Counted from the first letter of the stretch, positions 28,858 through 38,794 are shown. The stretch is 64,000 nt of DNA from Candidatus Zixiibacteriota bacterium (GCA_022614805.1 JAKEHY010000009.1:5118-69117), one strand, 5' to 3'. Program-made: numbers and translations. The notes: a model not told the origin generated them from the sequence alone.

Positions 28858-29447
28858 ATCGAGTCCAGGGCAATGGGTTGAAGTTTTTCCGATTCCTTCA
28901 CGTAATAGGTGGTCAGTTTTAAATTGACGGTCACCGTTTCCTTTTTGGCGTCCCCTCCCGGATTCTGGCTGCCGGCCACCTGCAGGGAGGCAATGTTCAC
29001 GATGAACGGAAAGTTGGCGATGGAGGCCAGAAAAGAACCGACGGAATGAAAGCTGCCGGTAACGGACAGGTCGAACTCGGCCGACTCGTAAAAGGTTTGC
29101 GGGAACGTCCCTTTCGGAACAATTTCGGAGACCGCCACCTGGTTGGATATTCCGGCCACGTGCAACTGGGACAGAAGGGCCGGAACCTGCTTTTCGTTCG
29201 GCAACAAGAGCTCGATGGCCTGGTATTTCTTGAACAATTCCTGATACTCCTTTTTCAAGGCCTCGGAGGTTTTGGCCTTCATCTCCACGTTTTTCAGATT
29301 GGAGAGAATTCGCTCGTACTCGCTCTGGGTCTGCGAAAGCTTGGAATTGAAACTGGAAAAAACCCGGGTGTACCAGAAATACACCCCCAGAAAGGCCACA
29401 AGCCCCACCAGGATGTAGCGCTGATTTTTCGGGTCCTTCAAATCCAT
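28854..29447 (-). CDS. pilO: type IV pilus assembly protein PilO
   Basis: Single N-terminal TM, coiled-coil, and PilO fold. Its position is between pilN and pilP. ATGA overlap with the AMIN-PilP gene. Confidence 0.75.
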   Translation of the reverse strand: MDLKDPKNQRYILVGLVAFLGVYFWYTRVFSSFNSKLSQTQSEYERILSNLKNVEMKAKTSEALKKEYQELFKKYQAIELLLPNEKQVPALLSQLHVAGISNQVAVSEIVPKGTFPQTFYESAEFDLSVTGSFHSVGSFLASIANFPFIVNIASLQVAGSQNPGGDAKKETVTVNLKLTTYYVKESEKLQPIALDSI

Positions 29448-29457
29448 GGCGGCCCTC

Positions 29458-30156
29458 CTACGGCTGCTGGGCGTCCCCCAGGCGAATCGGTTTCTGCCCC
29501 TCGGTTTCGGTCGGGGCCTCTTCCGGCACCATCGTCAAATCACAGGTCAACTGAAAATTGTACAGCCGCGAATTCTCCATCTTTTGCTCTTTGGCGAACG
29601 AGAGCTCGATGTTTTGGATGAACGGCGATTTTTTCATCTGGATCATAAAGGTTGCCAGACTGTTCAAGGAATAGGAGAACCCTTCAATCACCGTTTTGGC
29701 GCCGCTGGAAGCCGCCGGCTGGGCCGGGCCGCCAGCTGTGGTTCCGCCCCGCGGCGGTGCCGAGGCTGCGGCGGCGGCTCCGCTCGTTCCTTCCCGAAAG
29801 TTGGACAGCCAGAGGTATTCCGGGACCCGCCCGGACAGGTCTTCCAGGAAGCGCACATAGGCGGAACGGTTCCGGTCCAGCCCCTCAATGGCCTCCATCC
29901 GCTCCAGAATTTTCCCCTTCAACGCGGTCAAAGCATCCACCAGCTGGATATCCTTCTGCATTTTGGCTTCGCGGGCCCTGGCTTCGGCGATTTTTTTCTG
30001 GATGTTGGCGATGCGCATCTTTTGCATCACCGTGAGGCCGGCCAAAACGGCCGCCAGTCCGGCTATTCCCGCCAGGAGGTACGTGGCCCCCTTGGGGAGG
30101 GCAATCCGGCCGGTGCGGCGCTGCAATTCTTTGGGAAGCAGATTTATTTCTATCAT
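29458..30156 (-). CDS. pilN: type IV pilus assembly protein PilN
   Basis: N-terminal MIEINLLPKELQ (INLLP motif), one TM, and a periplasmic domain. Confidence 0.8.
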   Translation of the reverse strand: MIEINLLPKELQRRTGRIALPKGATYLLAGIAGLAAVLAGLTVMQKMRIANIQKKIAEARAREAKMQKDIQLVDALTALKGKILERMEAIEGLDRNRSAYVRFLEDLSGRVPEYLWLSNFREGTSGAAAAASAPPRGGTTAGGPAQPAASSGAKTVIEGFSYSLNSLATFMIQMKKSPFIQNIELSFAKEQKMENSRLYNFQLTCDLTMVPEEAPTETEGQKPIRLGDAQQP

Positions 30157-30157
30157 T

Positions 30158-31210
30158 TCACTTCACCTTCCTGGCCGCCAGTCCAATTGGTACGGTCAGA
30201 AGCGGGGCAATCCGTTCCAGCTCCAGCTGCCGGTATTCGTCCGGGTCGTAATCGATGTTGCGCAGGGGATTGACGATGTCCACGGGAATGGAAAGCTTGG
30301 CCTGCATAAACTCCGGCAAAAACGGCACCAAGGCCCCCCCGCCGGACAGAAAAATCCAATCGACCTGCTCCGCCCGGGCCGAGGACTTGAAGTAGGAGAA
30401 GGCCACCTCAATGCCGGAAAACAGCTCTTCCGAGGCGGAAACGACGGTCGCCTTGAGCATATCCTGGTCCAGGCTCGTTTCCAGTTCCCCCCGCATCGCC
30501 TTGGTGGCCAGTTCGTGGTTCAGGCGGAATTCCTTCTGGATGGTGTCGTAAATCAAGCGGGTGCCGGCGGCCACGTCGCGCGTGGAATGGTACAGCTTGT
30601 CTTTGACGAAAACGACGTTGGTCGTGTCGAAACCGATGTTGACCAAAGCCAAAACCCGGTTCGGGTCGATGTCGTAATTGATTTCATAGGCGTTCAAAAC
30701 GGCGAAGGCATCCGTGTCGATGATGACCGGGCGCAGGCCGGTGTCGTTCAACAAATCCAGGTAGTTCTTCAAAAACTCCTGCCGGGCCGCCACCAACAGT
30801 ACGTCCATTTTGCCGGTCTCTTCGCTCGTACTTATAATGTGGTAATCCAAGGTCACGTCTTCCACGTCGAAGGGGCTGCGCTGCTCGGCCTCGAACAAAA
30901 TCGCCTGCTCGGCCTCGCTTCCGGATTTCTTGTCGATGGAGATTTTATCCGTGATCACCCCGTGGCCGGAAATGGAGATGACCACATCCTTGGTTTTTGG
31001 GTTCACCTGGTCCACCAGGCTCTGGATGTTGAAAATCAACGTGTCCCGGTCCTTGATTTCGTCGGCCACCAAGGCTTCCGCCGGAACTTCCTTGACCCCC
31101 AGGCCGCGCAAAATATAGCCGTCCGATTTCTTTTCGAGCTGAACCATCTTGATGGAGCTGGCCCCGATGTCCAGTCCGGTGGTGATTTTCGGTTTGCGCA
31201 ATAGGTTCAT
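30158..31210 (-). CDS. pilM: type IV pilus assembly ATPase-fold protein PilM
   Basis: Actin-like fold (GLDIGASSIKMVQL...). Start trimmed to the ATG at 31210 (MNLLRKPK...). Confidence 0.82.
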   Translation of the reverse strand: MNLLRKPKITTGLDIGASSIKMVQLEKKSDGYILRGLGVKEVPAEALVADEIKDRDTLIFNIQSLVDQVNPKTKDVVISISGHGVITDKISIDKKSGSEAEQAILFEAEQRSPFDVEDVTLDYHIISTSEETGKMDVLLVAARQEFLKNYLDLLNDTGLRPVIIDTDAFAVLNAYEINYDIDPNRVLALVNIGFDTTNVVFVKDKLYHSTRDVAAGTRLIYDTIQKEFRLNHELATKAMRGELETSLDQDMLKATVVSASEELFSGIEVAFSYFKSSARAEQVDWIFLSGGGALVPFLPEFMQAKLSIPVDIVNPLRNIDYDPDEYRQLELERIAPLLTVPIGLAARKVK

Positions 31211-31305
31211 CGTTTTCCCCCTGTCTTTCCCGACGTATCGGGAAAGGACCACACTTTTATTATCGACTCCCCCCCAAAAATATTAACCCCCTTTTGGCCA
31301 GCCGG

Positions 31306-31788
31306 TTAGTCCGTAAGCTTCACCCGGCCGGTGGAGGCCAGGACATCGATGGTGTAGGTGAAACCGCCGGAGGCCGGCAGAATCTGCAAATTTCCCGAAG
31401 AGGAAGCGCTGCCGTCGGTTTTGAAAACCACCGTGGAATTGGTAAAAGTATTGCCGCCGTAGTTCACCTTGGCCGTCAAGGTATCCCGGCCCACGATCGA
31501 ATCCCCCACCTCAAACTGGTAGTTGCCGGGGTTCGCCTTGTCCTTGAAAAAAAGGTAGCGCCGGTTGGCGGCATCAAAAAAAACCCCGTACTGCACCCGT
31601 TCGGAAATCGCCTTGGAGCGGGCCTGCCGCAAAGTCGAGACGACGTTGCGGGCTTTGCTTTTCGCTTCCATCTTGGAGGCGAAGTTCAAAAAACTCGGCA
31701 CGGCCAAAGCCGCCATCACGCCGATGATCACGGCCACGATCACCAGTTCCATCATCGTGACGCCGGTCTGCTTTTTCCAGTTTTTCAT
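31306..31788 (-). CDS. type IV pilin-like protein (prepilin-type N-terminal methylation domain)
   Basis: Start trimmed to the ATG at 31788 with AAGGGGGA upstream. N-terminus MKNWKKQTG/VTMMELVIVAVIIGVMAALAVP has the class-III signal with E at +5. Confidence 0.75.
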   Translation of the reverse strand: MKNWKKQTGVTMMELVIVAVIIGVMAALAVPSFLNFASKMEAKSKARNVVSTLRQARSKAISERVQYGVFFDAANRRYLFFKDKANPGNYQFEVGDSIVGRDTLTAKVNYGGNTFTNSTVVFKTDGSASSSGNLQILPASGGFTYTIDVLASTGRVKLTD

Positions 31789-32024
31789 AGCTCCCCCTTT
31801 AATATCGGATTTATTTCCCCTTTTTGAACCCAGCGTCTTTTGCCGTGGATGATTAAAACCTTCATCCCGTTCGGCGCCCACCTGGACTTCTGCTGCTCCA
31901 GCCGGGTTTCGCGGCTTTCCGAGAGCCCCGCAGCCGGCGGAAAGGATTTTTGCAGCCCGGCTGGCGGCTGAACAAAACCGGCGACGAGCGCCAACAGCGC
32001 GGCCAGGCCGAATTTTTTCAACAT
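31785..32024 (-). CDS. possible small exported protein (79 aa)
   Basis: Signal-peptide-like N-terminus MLKKFGLAALLALVAGFV. However, the 3' half is AT-rich and overlaps the downstream pilin RBS, and an alternative frame is also open. It may simply be intergenic. Confidence 0.2.
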   Translation of the reverse strand: MLKKFGLAALLALVAGFVQPPAGLQKSFPPAAGLSESRETRLEQQKSRWAPNGMKVLIIHGKRRWVQKGEINPILKGEL

Positions 32025-32037
32025 ACATCTTCACGTC

Positions 32038-32430
32038 CTAAATCGTCTTGTAGGTGTAGTAATCGACCGAGCGCGCCATCCCCTTTTTGTCCGTCCAGGA
32101 AATGGTGACCTTAATGCGATACACGCCGACCGGGACGGAACCATCCGTGGAGGTGTCATCCACCCGCACGGTCCGGTCATAGATGCCGTCGATGCCGTTG
32201 GTCGTTTCCGTGTAGGGCATCGCGGCAAAAAAAGTATTGGGCAGGGGCTTTAACTGCTCAATCCGGTCCTGGGCCACGGCGGTGGCCCGGGTCAAGTCCT
32301 GGGAATAGGTGTTGGAGTAAATGGACATGACCATCAACGGGGCCAGCCCCAAAATGCCGACCGCCAGAATGACCATTGAAATCATCACTTCTATAAGCGT
32401 AAACCCCTTGTCGTTTTTTCGTATTTTCAT
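32038..32430 (-). CDS. pilA: type IV pilin (candidate major pilin PilA; sigma-54 promoter upstream)
   Basis: MKIRKNDKG/FTLIEVMISMVILAVGILGLAPL prepilin signal. 130 aa. It sits immediately downstream of pilR and a -24/-12 promoter. Confidence 0.75.
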   Translation of the reverse strand: MKIRKNDKGFTLIEVMISMVILAVGILGLAPLMVMSIYSNTYSQDLTRATAVAQDRIEQLKPLPNTFFAAMPYTETTNGIDGIYDRTVRVDDTSTDGSVPVGVYRIKVTISWTDKKGMARSVDYYTYKTI

Positions 32431-32497
32431 GTCCTTTCCTCTCTTTTTCTTTAGAACCGAAAGGCCCCTTTGAACCTAACCGGCCTGCTGTAATCGA

Positions 32498-32515
32498 TTG
32501 CAAAGCGGCTGCCAA
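32498..32515 (-). promoter_or_regulatory. sigma-54 (-24/-12) promoter for the pilin gene
   Basis: The minus strand reads TTGGCAG-CCGCT-TTGCA, a near-perfect match to TGGCAC-N5-TTGCW. It lies ~70 bp upstream of the pilA start, with the NtrC-family PilR gene adjacent. Confidence 0.6.
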
Positions 32516-32699
32516 GCCCTCCTCTATTTTCTCGGCAGGAAGTACCGGAAGGATAAGCGGTTACGGAAGAGCAATTGGGGCTTTTCCTGCCCCTTCAAAA
32601 ATCGGGCCAAAAATTTCGCCCCCTCCCAAGGGGGTATGGGAATGCGCCCATACGAAAAAGGCGGCTTCTCGCCGCCCCCCCCCCACCTCGCACGGGTGC

Positions 32700-34067
32700 C
32701 TAAATCTCATCCTGCAGGTTGTATTTTTTGATCTTTTCAAAGAGGGTGGTGTAATCGATTTTCAGAATTTCGGCCGCCTTGCGCTTGTTGCCGCGGGTTT
32801 GCACAAGCACGCGCACAATCATTCCCCGTTCCGCTTCCATCTGGGCGAACTGGCTCACCTCCTTAAGCCCGGCCCCTTCCCGCAGGCGGATTTCCGCCGT
32901 GGTGGGAATGCGGATGGCCAGATGCTCCGGCGTGATTTTCTTTCCCTCGCACAAAATGATGGCCCGCTCGATGGTGTTTTCCAGTTCCCGCACGTTCCCG
33001 GGCCAATGGTAGCGGTCCAGGTTGTTCAAGGAGTCGTGGGAAAGCGACTTGACCGGCTTTTTCATTTCCAAACAGAACTTGCGGATGAAATGGCTGGCCA
33101 GGTTGGGAATGTCCTCCCGCCGTTCCCGCAGGGGGGGGATTTTAATCGGAAAAACCGAAAGCCGGTAATACAAATCCTCCCGAAAAGTTTTCTTGTCGAT
33201 GGCCTCTTTCAAATCGACGTTGGAGGCGGCGATGACGCGCACGTCCACGGAAATCAATTTCGTTCCGCCGAGACGCTCAAAGGTTTTTTCCTGGAGGACG
33301 CGCAAAAGTTTGGCCTGCAAGGCCGGCGACATATCCCCCACTTCGTCCAGAAAAATCGTCCCCCCTTCGGCGATTTCAAACTTCCCCATCTTGCGCGCGT
33401 ACGCCCCGGTGAAGGCCCCCCGTTCGGAGCCGAACAGCTCGTTTTCCAACAACTCGGACGGGATGGCGGCGCAGTTGATGGCCACAAAGGGACGATTTTT
33501 GCGGGGGGAAAGGTTGTGGATGGCGCGGGCAAACAGCTCTTTTCCGGTGCCGGATTCCCCCAACAAGAGAACGGTGGTGTCGGAATGGGCCACTTTTTGA
33601 ATCAGCCGGGAGACCTCCAGCATCTTTTCCGAGCGGCCGACGATTTCGGAAAAGCCCAGGCTCTGGTCCAACTCCTCCCGCAGGAGGGCGTTTTCGGCAA
33701 CCAGGCGGCGGTTTTCCAAAGCCTTTTTGATGATGACCGCCAGCCGGTCGGTGTCGAACGGCTTGGCGATGAAATCGACGGCGCCCAACTTCATCGCCTC
33801 CACGGCGGTTTCAATGGTGCCAAAGGCGGTCATCACGATGACCGCCAGGTCCGGATCGGTCTCCTTCAGCTGGGATAAAACGGCGATGCCGTCCATCTCC
33901 GGAAGCCGCATGTCCGTCAAAACCACGTCAAACTTTTTTTCCCGGGCGCGGCTGATGCCGCTTTTCGCATCGGCGGCCGTGTCCACATCATACCCCTCGC
34001 CGGCCAGCGTTTCGGCCAGCATCCCCCGCATGCTTTCTTTATCATCAATGACCAGAATAGACGGCAT
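32700..34067 (-). CDS. pilR: sigma-54-dependent response regulator PilR (REC + AAA+ sigma54-activator + Fis HTH)
   Basis: REC domain with the phospho-acceptor in VLTDMRLPEMDG, Walker A GESGTGKE, a GAFTGA motif, and an HTH at the C-terminus. Start trimmed to the ATG at 34067 (MPSILVIDD). Confidence 0.82.
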   Translation of the reverse strand: MPSILVIDDKESMRGMLAETLAGEGYDVDTAADAKSGISRAREKKFDVVLTDMRLPEMDGIAVLSQLKETDPDLAVIVMTAFGTIETAVEAMKLGAVDFIAKPFDTDRLAVIIKKALENRRLVAENALLREELDQSLGFSEIVGRSEKMLEVSRLIQKVAHSDTTVLLLGESGTGKELFARAIHNLSPRKNRPFVAINCAAIPSELLENELFGSERGAFTGAYARKMGKFEIAEGGTIFLDEVGDMSPALQAKLLRVLQEKTFERLGGTKLISVDVRVIAASNVDLKEAIDKKTFREDLYYRLSVFPIKIPPLRERREDIPNLASHFIRKFCLEMKKPVKSLSHDSLNNLDRYHWPGNVRELENTIERAIILCEGKKITPEHLAIRIPTTAEIRLREGAGLKEVSQFAQMEAERGMIVRVLVQTRGNKRKAAEILKIDYTTLFEKIKKYNLQDEI

Positions 34068-34413
34068 ATCCCCCTCGTCAAAAAGCTTTTTTGCCCCGTT
34101 TCTTTTATCGGAAAATCCCGCCAAAGCTTGATTGCATTCGGCCGGAAAGTTCTTTGAAACAAATGATTTGGAACGAAGCCGCCCGGTTGGGTTCCGGCCT
34201 TAACGGTCGGGTTTCGACGCGCGGCATTGCCTGCCCGAGCCGGCACGGCTCGAGTCAACCAGGGAAAATGCCGTCTGCGAAAATCGATTGAAACGAAAAA
34301 TTGCGGAAAGAATGAAAAAGCAAACAACGGAAGAAAGACGGCTTGAGACCGCCCCGCCTGTACCGCCTTTCTCTTTCGTTTTTCGGGATTTGTTATGACG
34401 CAGCCGGATGAGC

Positions 34414-35637
34414 CTAATTATTTTCAGCCGGATTACCCGGTTCGGTCCCCGGACCGGACGCCCATTCGTCAATGGCGATGCCCTTCTGGCGGCGCAACTC
34501 CTCAATCTGGGCGAGCGGACGTTCCAACTGCATCCGGCGGGTGGCCGCCAAAGAATTAAACTCTCTTTGGGCCTCTTCTATCCTTTTTCCCATTTTTTCG
34601 AACGCCGACACAAAGGCCGTCCACTGCTTGTTAAAACCCCCCATAAGCGAAAGCATTCGGGCCGCGCTCTGCTCCAGCTGAAAATTGTCGATTCCCTGGC
34701 GGATGACCAGAAGGATGGCGTAAAGGGTCAAGGGTGAGCACGGAATGACTTTGCTCCGCAGGGCGTCGTCGATAAAATCGGGCTGGTTTTCGAGAATGAA
34801 ACCGAACAGCTGTTCGTTGGGGATAAAAACCAGGACGCAGTCCACGGTCTGCGCCTCCGGGTTGATGTAATCGCGGGTGGTCACCTCCCGAATACGCTCC
34901 CGCACATCATTGAAAAAAGCGGTCTTGCAGCTCTCCTTTTCCGGCTCGCTGCCCGCTTCCAGGTAGCGGAGGTAATTGGTGAATGGAAATTTGACATCCA
35001 TATTCAATTTTAAATCCCGGGGCATAAGAAAAGTATAGTCCGGACGGTTGGCGCTGCCTTCCAGCGTGCGTTGTTTGCGATAGTTGATCCCCTCCAAAAA
35101 CCCGGCCAGCCGGAGCACATCCTCCGCCATCCGTTCCCCCCACTGACCGCGGGTTTTGGAGTTGGCCAAAACCAGCTTCAACTGGTCGGCCGTTTCCTGC
35201 AGCCGGCGGTTGTTTTCGGCCGCGGCTTTCAACTGGGCGGCGAGCTCTCCGAACTTGTTTTCCCGGTCTTTTTCGTACGCCTGGATGCAGTCTTTCACCC
35301 GCTCAAGCTCGCTTTTCATCCCCTCCAGCGTTTGGTCGATGAGTTGTTTTTTTCCTTCGAGCTCTTTTCCTCCGGCCTGGGCCTGGCCGGAGAGGGTCTG
35401 CTGGGCCAGCTTCATAAACTGATCGGTGTTGCGGGAAAGGGCGTTTAACGACAAGGCGTCGAAGGAAACCTTGAGGTTGTCAATTATGGCGTTCAGGTCC
35501 GTCAGCTTTTCCGCCTGCGTCTGGGCCAACAGTTCCCGGGCAACCGCTTGGGCCTCCCGTTTCTTAATCCATCCGACTGCCAGAACCGCCGCCCCGCCAA
35601 CGAGGGCGCCGATTGCGAACGCTATGATGAATTCCAT
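34414..35637 (-). CDS. rmuC: DNA recombination protein RmuC
   Basis: N-terminal TM, a long coiled-coil, and the RmuC C-domain. Confidence 0.8.
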   Translation of the reverse strand: MEFIIAFAIGALVGGAAVLAVGWIKKREAQAVARELLAQTQAEKLTDLNAIIDNLKVSFDALSLNALSRNTDQFMKLAQQTLSGQAQAGGKELEGKKQLIDQTLEGMKSELERVKDCIQAYEKDRENKFGELAAQLKAAAENNRRLQETADQLKLVLANSKTRGQWGERMAEDVLRLAGFLEGINYRKQRTLEGSANRPDYTFLMPRDLKLNMDVKFPFTNYLRYLEAGSEPEKESCKTAFFNDVRERIREVTTRDYINPEAQTVDCVLVFIPNEQLFGFILENQPDFIDDALRSKVIPCSPLTLYAILLVIRQGIDNFQLEQSAARMLSLMGGFNKQWTAFVSAFEKMGKRIEEAQREFNSLAATRRMQLERPLAQIEELRRQKGIAIDEWASGPGTEPGNPAENN

Positions 35638-35684
35638 ATCTCTCCCTTATTTAATCCCGAACTGGCAAAGAGGCAGCCGCTCCA

Positions 35685-36383
35685 TCATTTTTTCACATTA
35701 TATATGGCCGCCATCCCGCCCCAGAGGTTTTCGTAGCGGGACTCGCAGAAGCCTTCGCGTGCAAACAGCGCTGCAACCTCCTTTTGCGGCGGAAAAATTT
35801 TCAGCGACTCCGGCAAATACCGGTAGGCCTGGCTGTGCCGGGTGAAAATTCCCGCCATCCTGGGCATCAGTTGATAAAAATAGGCATAGAAAAGTTTTCC
35901 CCAGAGCCCGTTGGAGGGGTGGGCGATTTCGAGAAAGACCCCCGCACCGCCCGGTTGTAAAACCCGGCTTACCTCGCGGGCAAAGGCATTCAGATTCTCG
36001 AGGTTGCGCAGGGAAAATCCCAACATTGCTCCATCGAAGACTTCGAGTTTGAAGGGCAGTTTTTCGGCGTCGGCACAAATCAAAAATACCCGGCCTTGAA
36101 ATTTCTTCAGCTTCTTGAGCGCCAATTTGAGCATCGGCAAAGCAAAATCAGAAAGCACGACCATCCCCTGAAATCTTGAATCGGAAAGCAAAGCCTTGGC
36201 CATATCCCCCGTCCCGGCGCACAGGTCCAGAACGATTTTCCGGCCGAAAAGAGCTTGAACGGTCCTCCGCCGCCAACGCCGGTCGGAGTTGAAGGAAATG
36301 ATTCGATTCAGCCGGTCGTAATCGGGCGCCAGCTCCGAGAACATTTTCTTGACGTAGGCCTTTTTTCCGTTGGTGTTATTCAT
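35685..36383 (-). CDS. ubiE: UbiE/MenG-family class I SAM-dependent methyltransferase (demethylmenaquinone / ubiquinone methyltransferase)
   Basis: VLDLCAGTGDMA SAM motif and UbiE-like length. Start trimmed to the ATG at 36383. Confidence 0.7.
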   Translation of the reverse strand: MNNTNGKKAYVKKMFSELAPDYDRLNRIISFNSDRRWRRRTVQALFGRKIVLDLCAGTGDMAKALLSDSRFQGMVVLSDFALPMLKLALKKLKKFQGRVFLICADAEKLPFKLEVFDGAMLGFSLRNLENLNAFAREVSRVLQPGGAGVFLEIAHPSNGLWGKLFYAYFYQLMPRMAGIFTRHSQAYRYLPESLKIFPPQKEVAALFAREGFCESRYENLWGGMAAIYNVKK

Positions 36384-36823
36384 TAAAGCACGGTCTCCGT
36401 ATTGGCCGTGTCTTTTTTCACCGGCGCAAAAGGGGCAAACCGGTAAGCCGCCAGCTTCCAACCCCTCTTGGTTCGGAGCAAGGTCAAATTCAAAGTTGCC
36501 AGACTGTCGGAAACCCCGGAACGGACCAGCCGTCCGGTAACGGCGGCCTGTCTTTCCCCTATGTCCAGCTGCCGTCCGACCAAATCCACGCGCGTTACGC
36601 CGGTTGAATTGTAAATCTCCGCCAAAAATTTTTGCGGGTCGATGGGGGTGGTGTTTTCAACTGTCGTCAAAAGCGAATCCAGGACGGCCGGGTTTTTGGC
36701 GTCGACGGCCCTTTCCCAGTCGGCCAAAAAAGCCCGCACCTGCTGGGCCGCATCCGGCTTTTTCTTGCCGCAGGCTGCGAAAATGACAGCCGACAGAATT
36801 AACAAACGCAGGGCCATGTTCAC
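36383..36823 (-). CDS. hypothetical lipoprotein (SnoaL/NTF2-like size)
   Basis: Signal peptide with lipobox (LSAVIFAAC/GKKK). Confidence 0.55.
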   Translation of the reverse strand: MNMALRLLILSAVIFAACGKKKPDAAQQVRAFLADWERAVDAKNPAVLDSLLTTVENTTPIDPQKFLAEIYNSTGVTRVDLVGRQLDIGERQAAVTGRLVRSGVSDSLATLNLTLLRTKRGWKLAAYRFAPFAPVKKDTANTETVL

Positions 36824-37037
36824 GACGGTAAAATAGGTTTTTAGCGCAGTTTTTCCAAGCGATTTGGCGGCCGTTCCGACGATCCGAAGGAATTTCGGGG
36901 CAATCGCTGAAAGGACTCCGAGATAACAAAGGGGTTGTGGCGCGGGTTAAGTTCTATCTAACCTGCGGCCTTTCGCAAAAAAACGCACGATTCATCCCGC
37001 CGGAGCGGAAATTTATCCTGCGCCACAAATACGAGGA

Positions 37038-38321
37038 TTATCTAACGATGCGGGGAGTAATCATTATCAAAAGGTCGCTCTGGTTTTTCTGCTTGGAGGT
37101 GGAGCGGAAAAGATGACCGAGCAACGGGATATCCCCCAAAAGCCAGACTTTGCGGACGGTTTTGACTTCGTTGTCCTTAATCAACCCGCCGATGACCATC
37201 GTTTCGCCGTCTTTCATCCGGATTTGCGTTTCCACCGAACGCTTGGAGGTAATCGGGCGCTGGTTGTTGGCCGGGCCGGTGAAGCTGATGATATCCTCCA
37301 CCGTCGGCACCACCCGCAGGGTCACGGTGGAATCGTCGTTGATGCGCGGGATGACGTCCAAAATGATGCCGAATTCCTTGTCCTGGAAGGAAACGATGTC
37401 CTGGACGACGGCCCCCTCGCTGAAACGGTTCAAGGTCTGCAGCGGAATGGTGGTGGCAACCGTTATTTTGGCCGCCTGATTGTCCAAGGTCGTGACTTTG
37501 GGGCTGCTCAAAAGCTTGCTGTTGGTCTGGGTGACCAGATAGTTCAAAAACCAGTCCACCTGCTCCACCGAGAGGCGGCCGTATTTGGGGCGGCCCTGGA
37601 TGGGAAAAACCAACGCCTTGCTGGCGGCGGTGGTGGTGCCGGTGCTGCTCGTGCTTACCGGTTCGGCCTCTCCCAAAGAAGCGCCAATCGCTTCCGGCCA
37701 TTCCAGGCCCAAGTCGGAATTTTTGTCCAGGGAGGTTTCCACCATCTTGACTTCGATGGAAACCTGCCGGGCCGGTTTGTCCAGGGCCGCCACGATTTTT
37801 TCGATGCGGGGGAGGTTGTAGCCGAAGTCGGTGACCACCAGGATGGTGGCGGGAGCCTGTTTGGCCACCTCCAGCCGGCGCACCTCCTTGCTGAAAACAT
37901 CCATTTTCCCTTTGGGGGACAAAACGTTTTTCAAGCCGGCCATCACATAGTCGGCGGACACATAATCCAACTCGAAGACCCGCGTCTCCAGCTGCTGGGG
38001 GTAGTCCTTCTCCTGGGACAAAACCACGATGACGTTCCCCTGTCGGCTGTAAGTGTAACCGTTGGCCAGCAAAATGGAGGAGAGCGCCTCGTCCAGGCTG
38101 ACCTGGCGCAAGCGGAGCGATACCGTGCCGCGCACTTCTTGACCGGAAACAATGTTCAAATTGTTTTGCGCCGCCAAAAGTTTCAATACGGCCCCGATGG
38201 GGGCGGCCTCCATTTCCAAGGTGATTTTGGAATCCTCGGTGATGACGGTCAGCGGCTTTTCCTGCGCCCCCGCCGCCGTCGCAAACAGCCCGAAAATTAT
38301 AAGCAAACCCAGTCTTTTCAT
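37038..38321 (-). CDS. secretin (GspD/PilQ family, short 427-aa form) of the second pilus/T2SS-like cluster
   Basis: Signal peptide, N0-like domain, and secretin C-domain (...VIGGLIKDNEVKTVRKVWLLGDIPLLGHLFRST). Confidence 0.82.
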   Translation of the reverse strand: MKRLGLLIIFGLFATAAGAQEKPLTVITEDSKITLEMEAAPIGAVLKLLAAQNNLNIVSGQEVRGTVSLRLRQVSLDEALSSILLANGYTYSRQGNVIVVLSQEKDYPQQLETRVFELDYVSADYVMAGLKNVLSPKGKMDVFSKEVRRLEVAKQAPATILVVTDFGYNLPRIEKIVAALDKPARQVSIEVKMVETSLDKNSDLGLEWPEAIGASLGEAEPVSTSSTGTTTAASKALVFPIQGRPKYGRLSVEQVDWFLNYLVTQTNSKLLSSPKVTTLDNQAAKITVATTIPLQTLNRFSEGAVVQDIVSFQDKEFGIILDVIPRINDDSTVTLRVVPTVEDIISFTGPANNQRPITSKRSVETQIRMKDGETMVIGGLIKDNEVKTVRKVWLLGDIPLLGHLFRSTSKQKNQSDLLIMITPRIVR

Positions 38322-38794
38322 TTTAATCCCCCCTTAAGCGGATAATTCCAGAGAGTTCCATCCCGGCTTAAAACCACCCGGCCTTCGGTTATCGCATGCA
38401 CCCTAAAACCTTCGAGCCAGTCCCCGACCTGAACCACCCGGCCGTTGATTACGGCAAAAGCAGAGCTTCCCCGCAACGAAATGGCCGAAACCGAAAACTC
38501 CGGGCGGGTCGGCCCGGCGGAAACCGGCGCTTTTTCTTGTCCGCGGTAAAACGGGTTGCGTCCAAAGCCCAAAGTCAGCCGGGCCTGCTTTTCCGGAGTC
38601 AGGTGCTCGTAGGCGAACGAATCGGGTGCTGCCGGAGCCCCGGCGGCGACAGGAGTTGACGCCAAACTCGGATCCAGATCGGCGATGGTTCTCTTTTTGC
38701 CAATCGACATAATCGATTTCAGGTTTAAAAACCCGAAAAGGATGGCAAAAACCAAAACCCAGTACAAAACCCGCCTGCGTCTGGCCTCGTCCAT
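38318..38794 (-). CDS. PilP/GspC-like pilot/assembly protein
   Basis: N-terminal TM, an RNPF motif, and a C-terminal beta-domain (AISLRGSSAFAVINGRVVQVGDWLEGFRVHAITEGRVVL). Confidence 0.6.
   Translation of the reverse strand: MDEARRRRVLYWVLVFAILFGFLNLKSIMSIGKKRTIADLDPSLASTPVAAGAPAAPDSFAYEHLTPEKQARLTLGFGRNPFYRGQEKAPVSAGPTRPEFSVSAISLRGSSAFAVINGRVVQVGDWLEGFRVHAITEGRVVLSRDGTLWNYPLKGGLK

Noticed and set aside
29888-31204. 438-aa plus-strand ORF antisense to pilM/pilN
   Set aside because: It is an antisense artefact.
37113-38345. 410-aa plus-strand ORF antisense to the cluster-2 secretin
   Set aside because: It is an antisense artefact; the secretin call has domain support.
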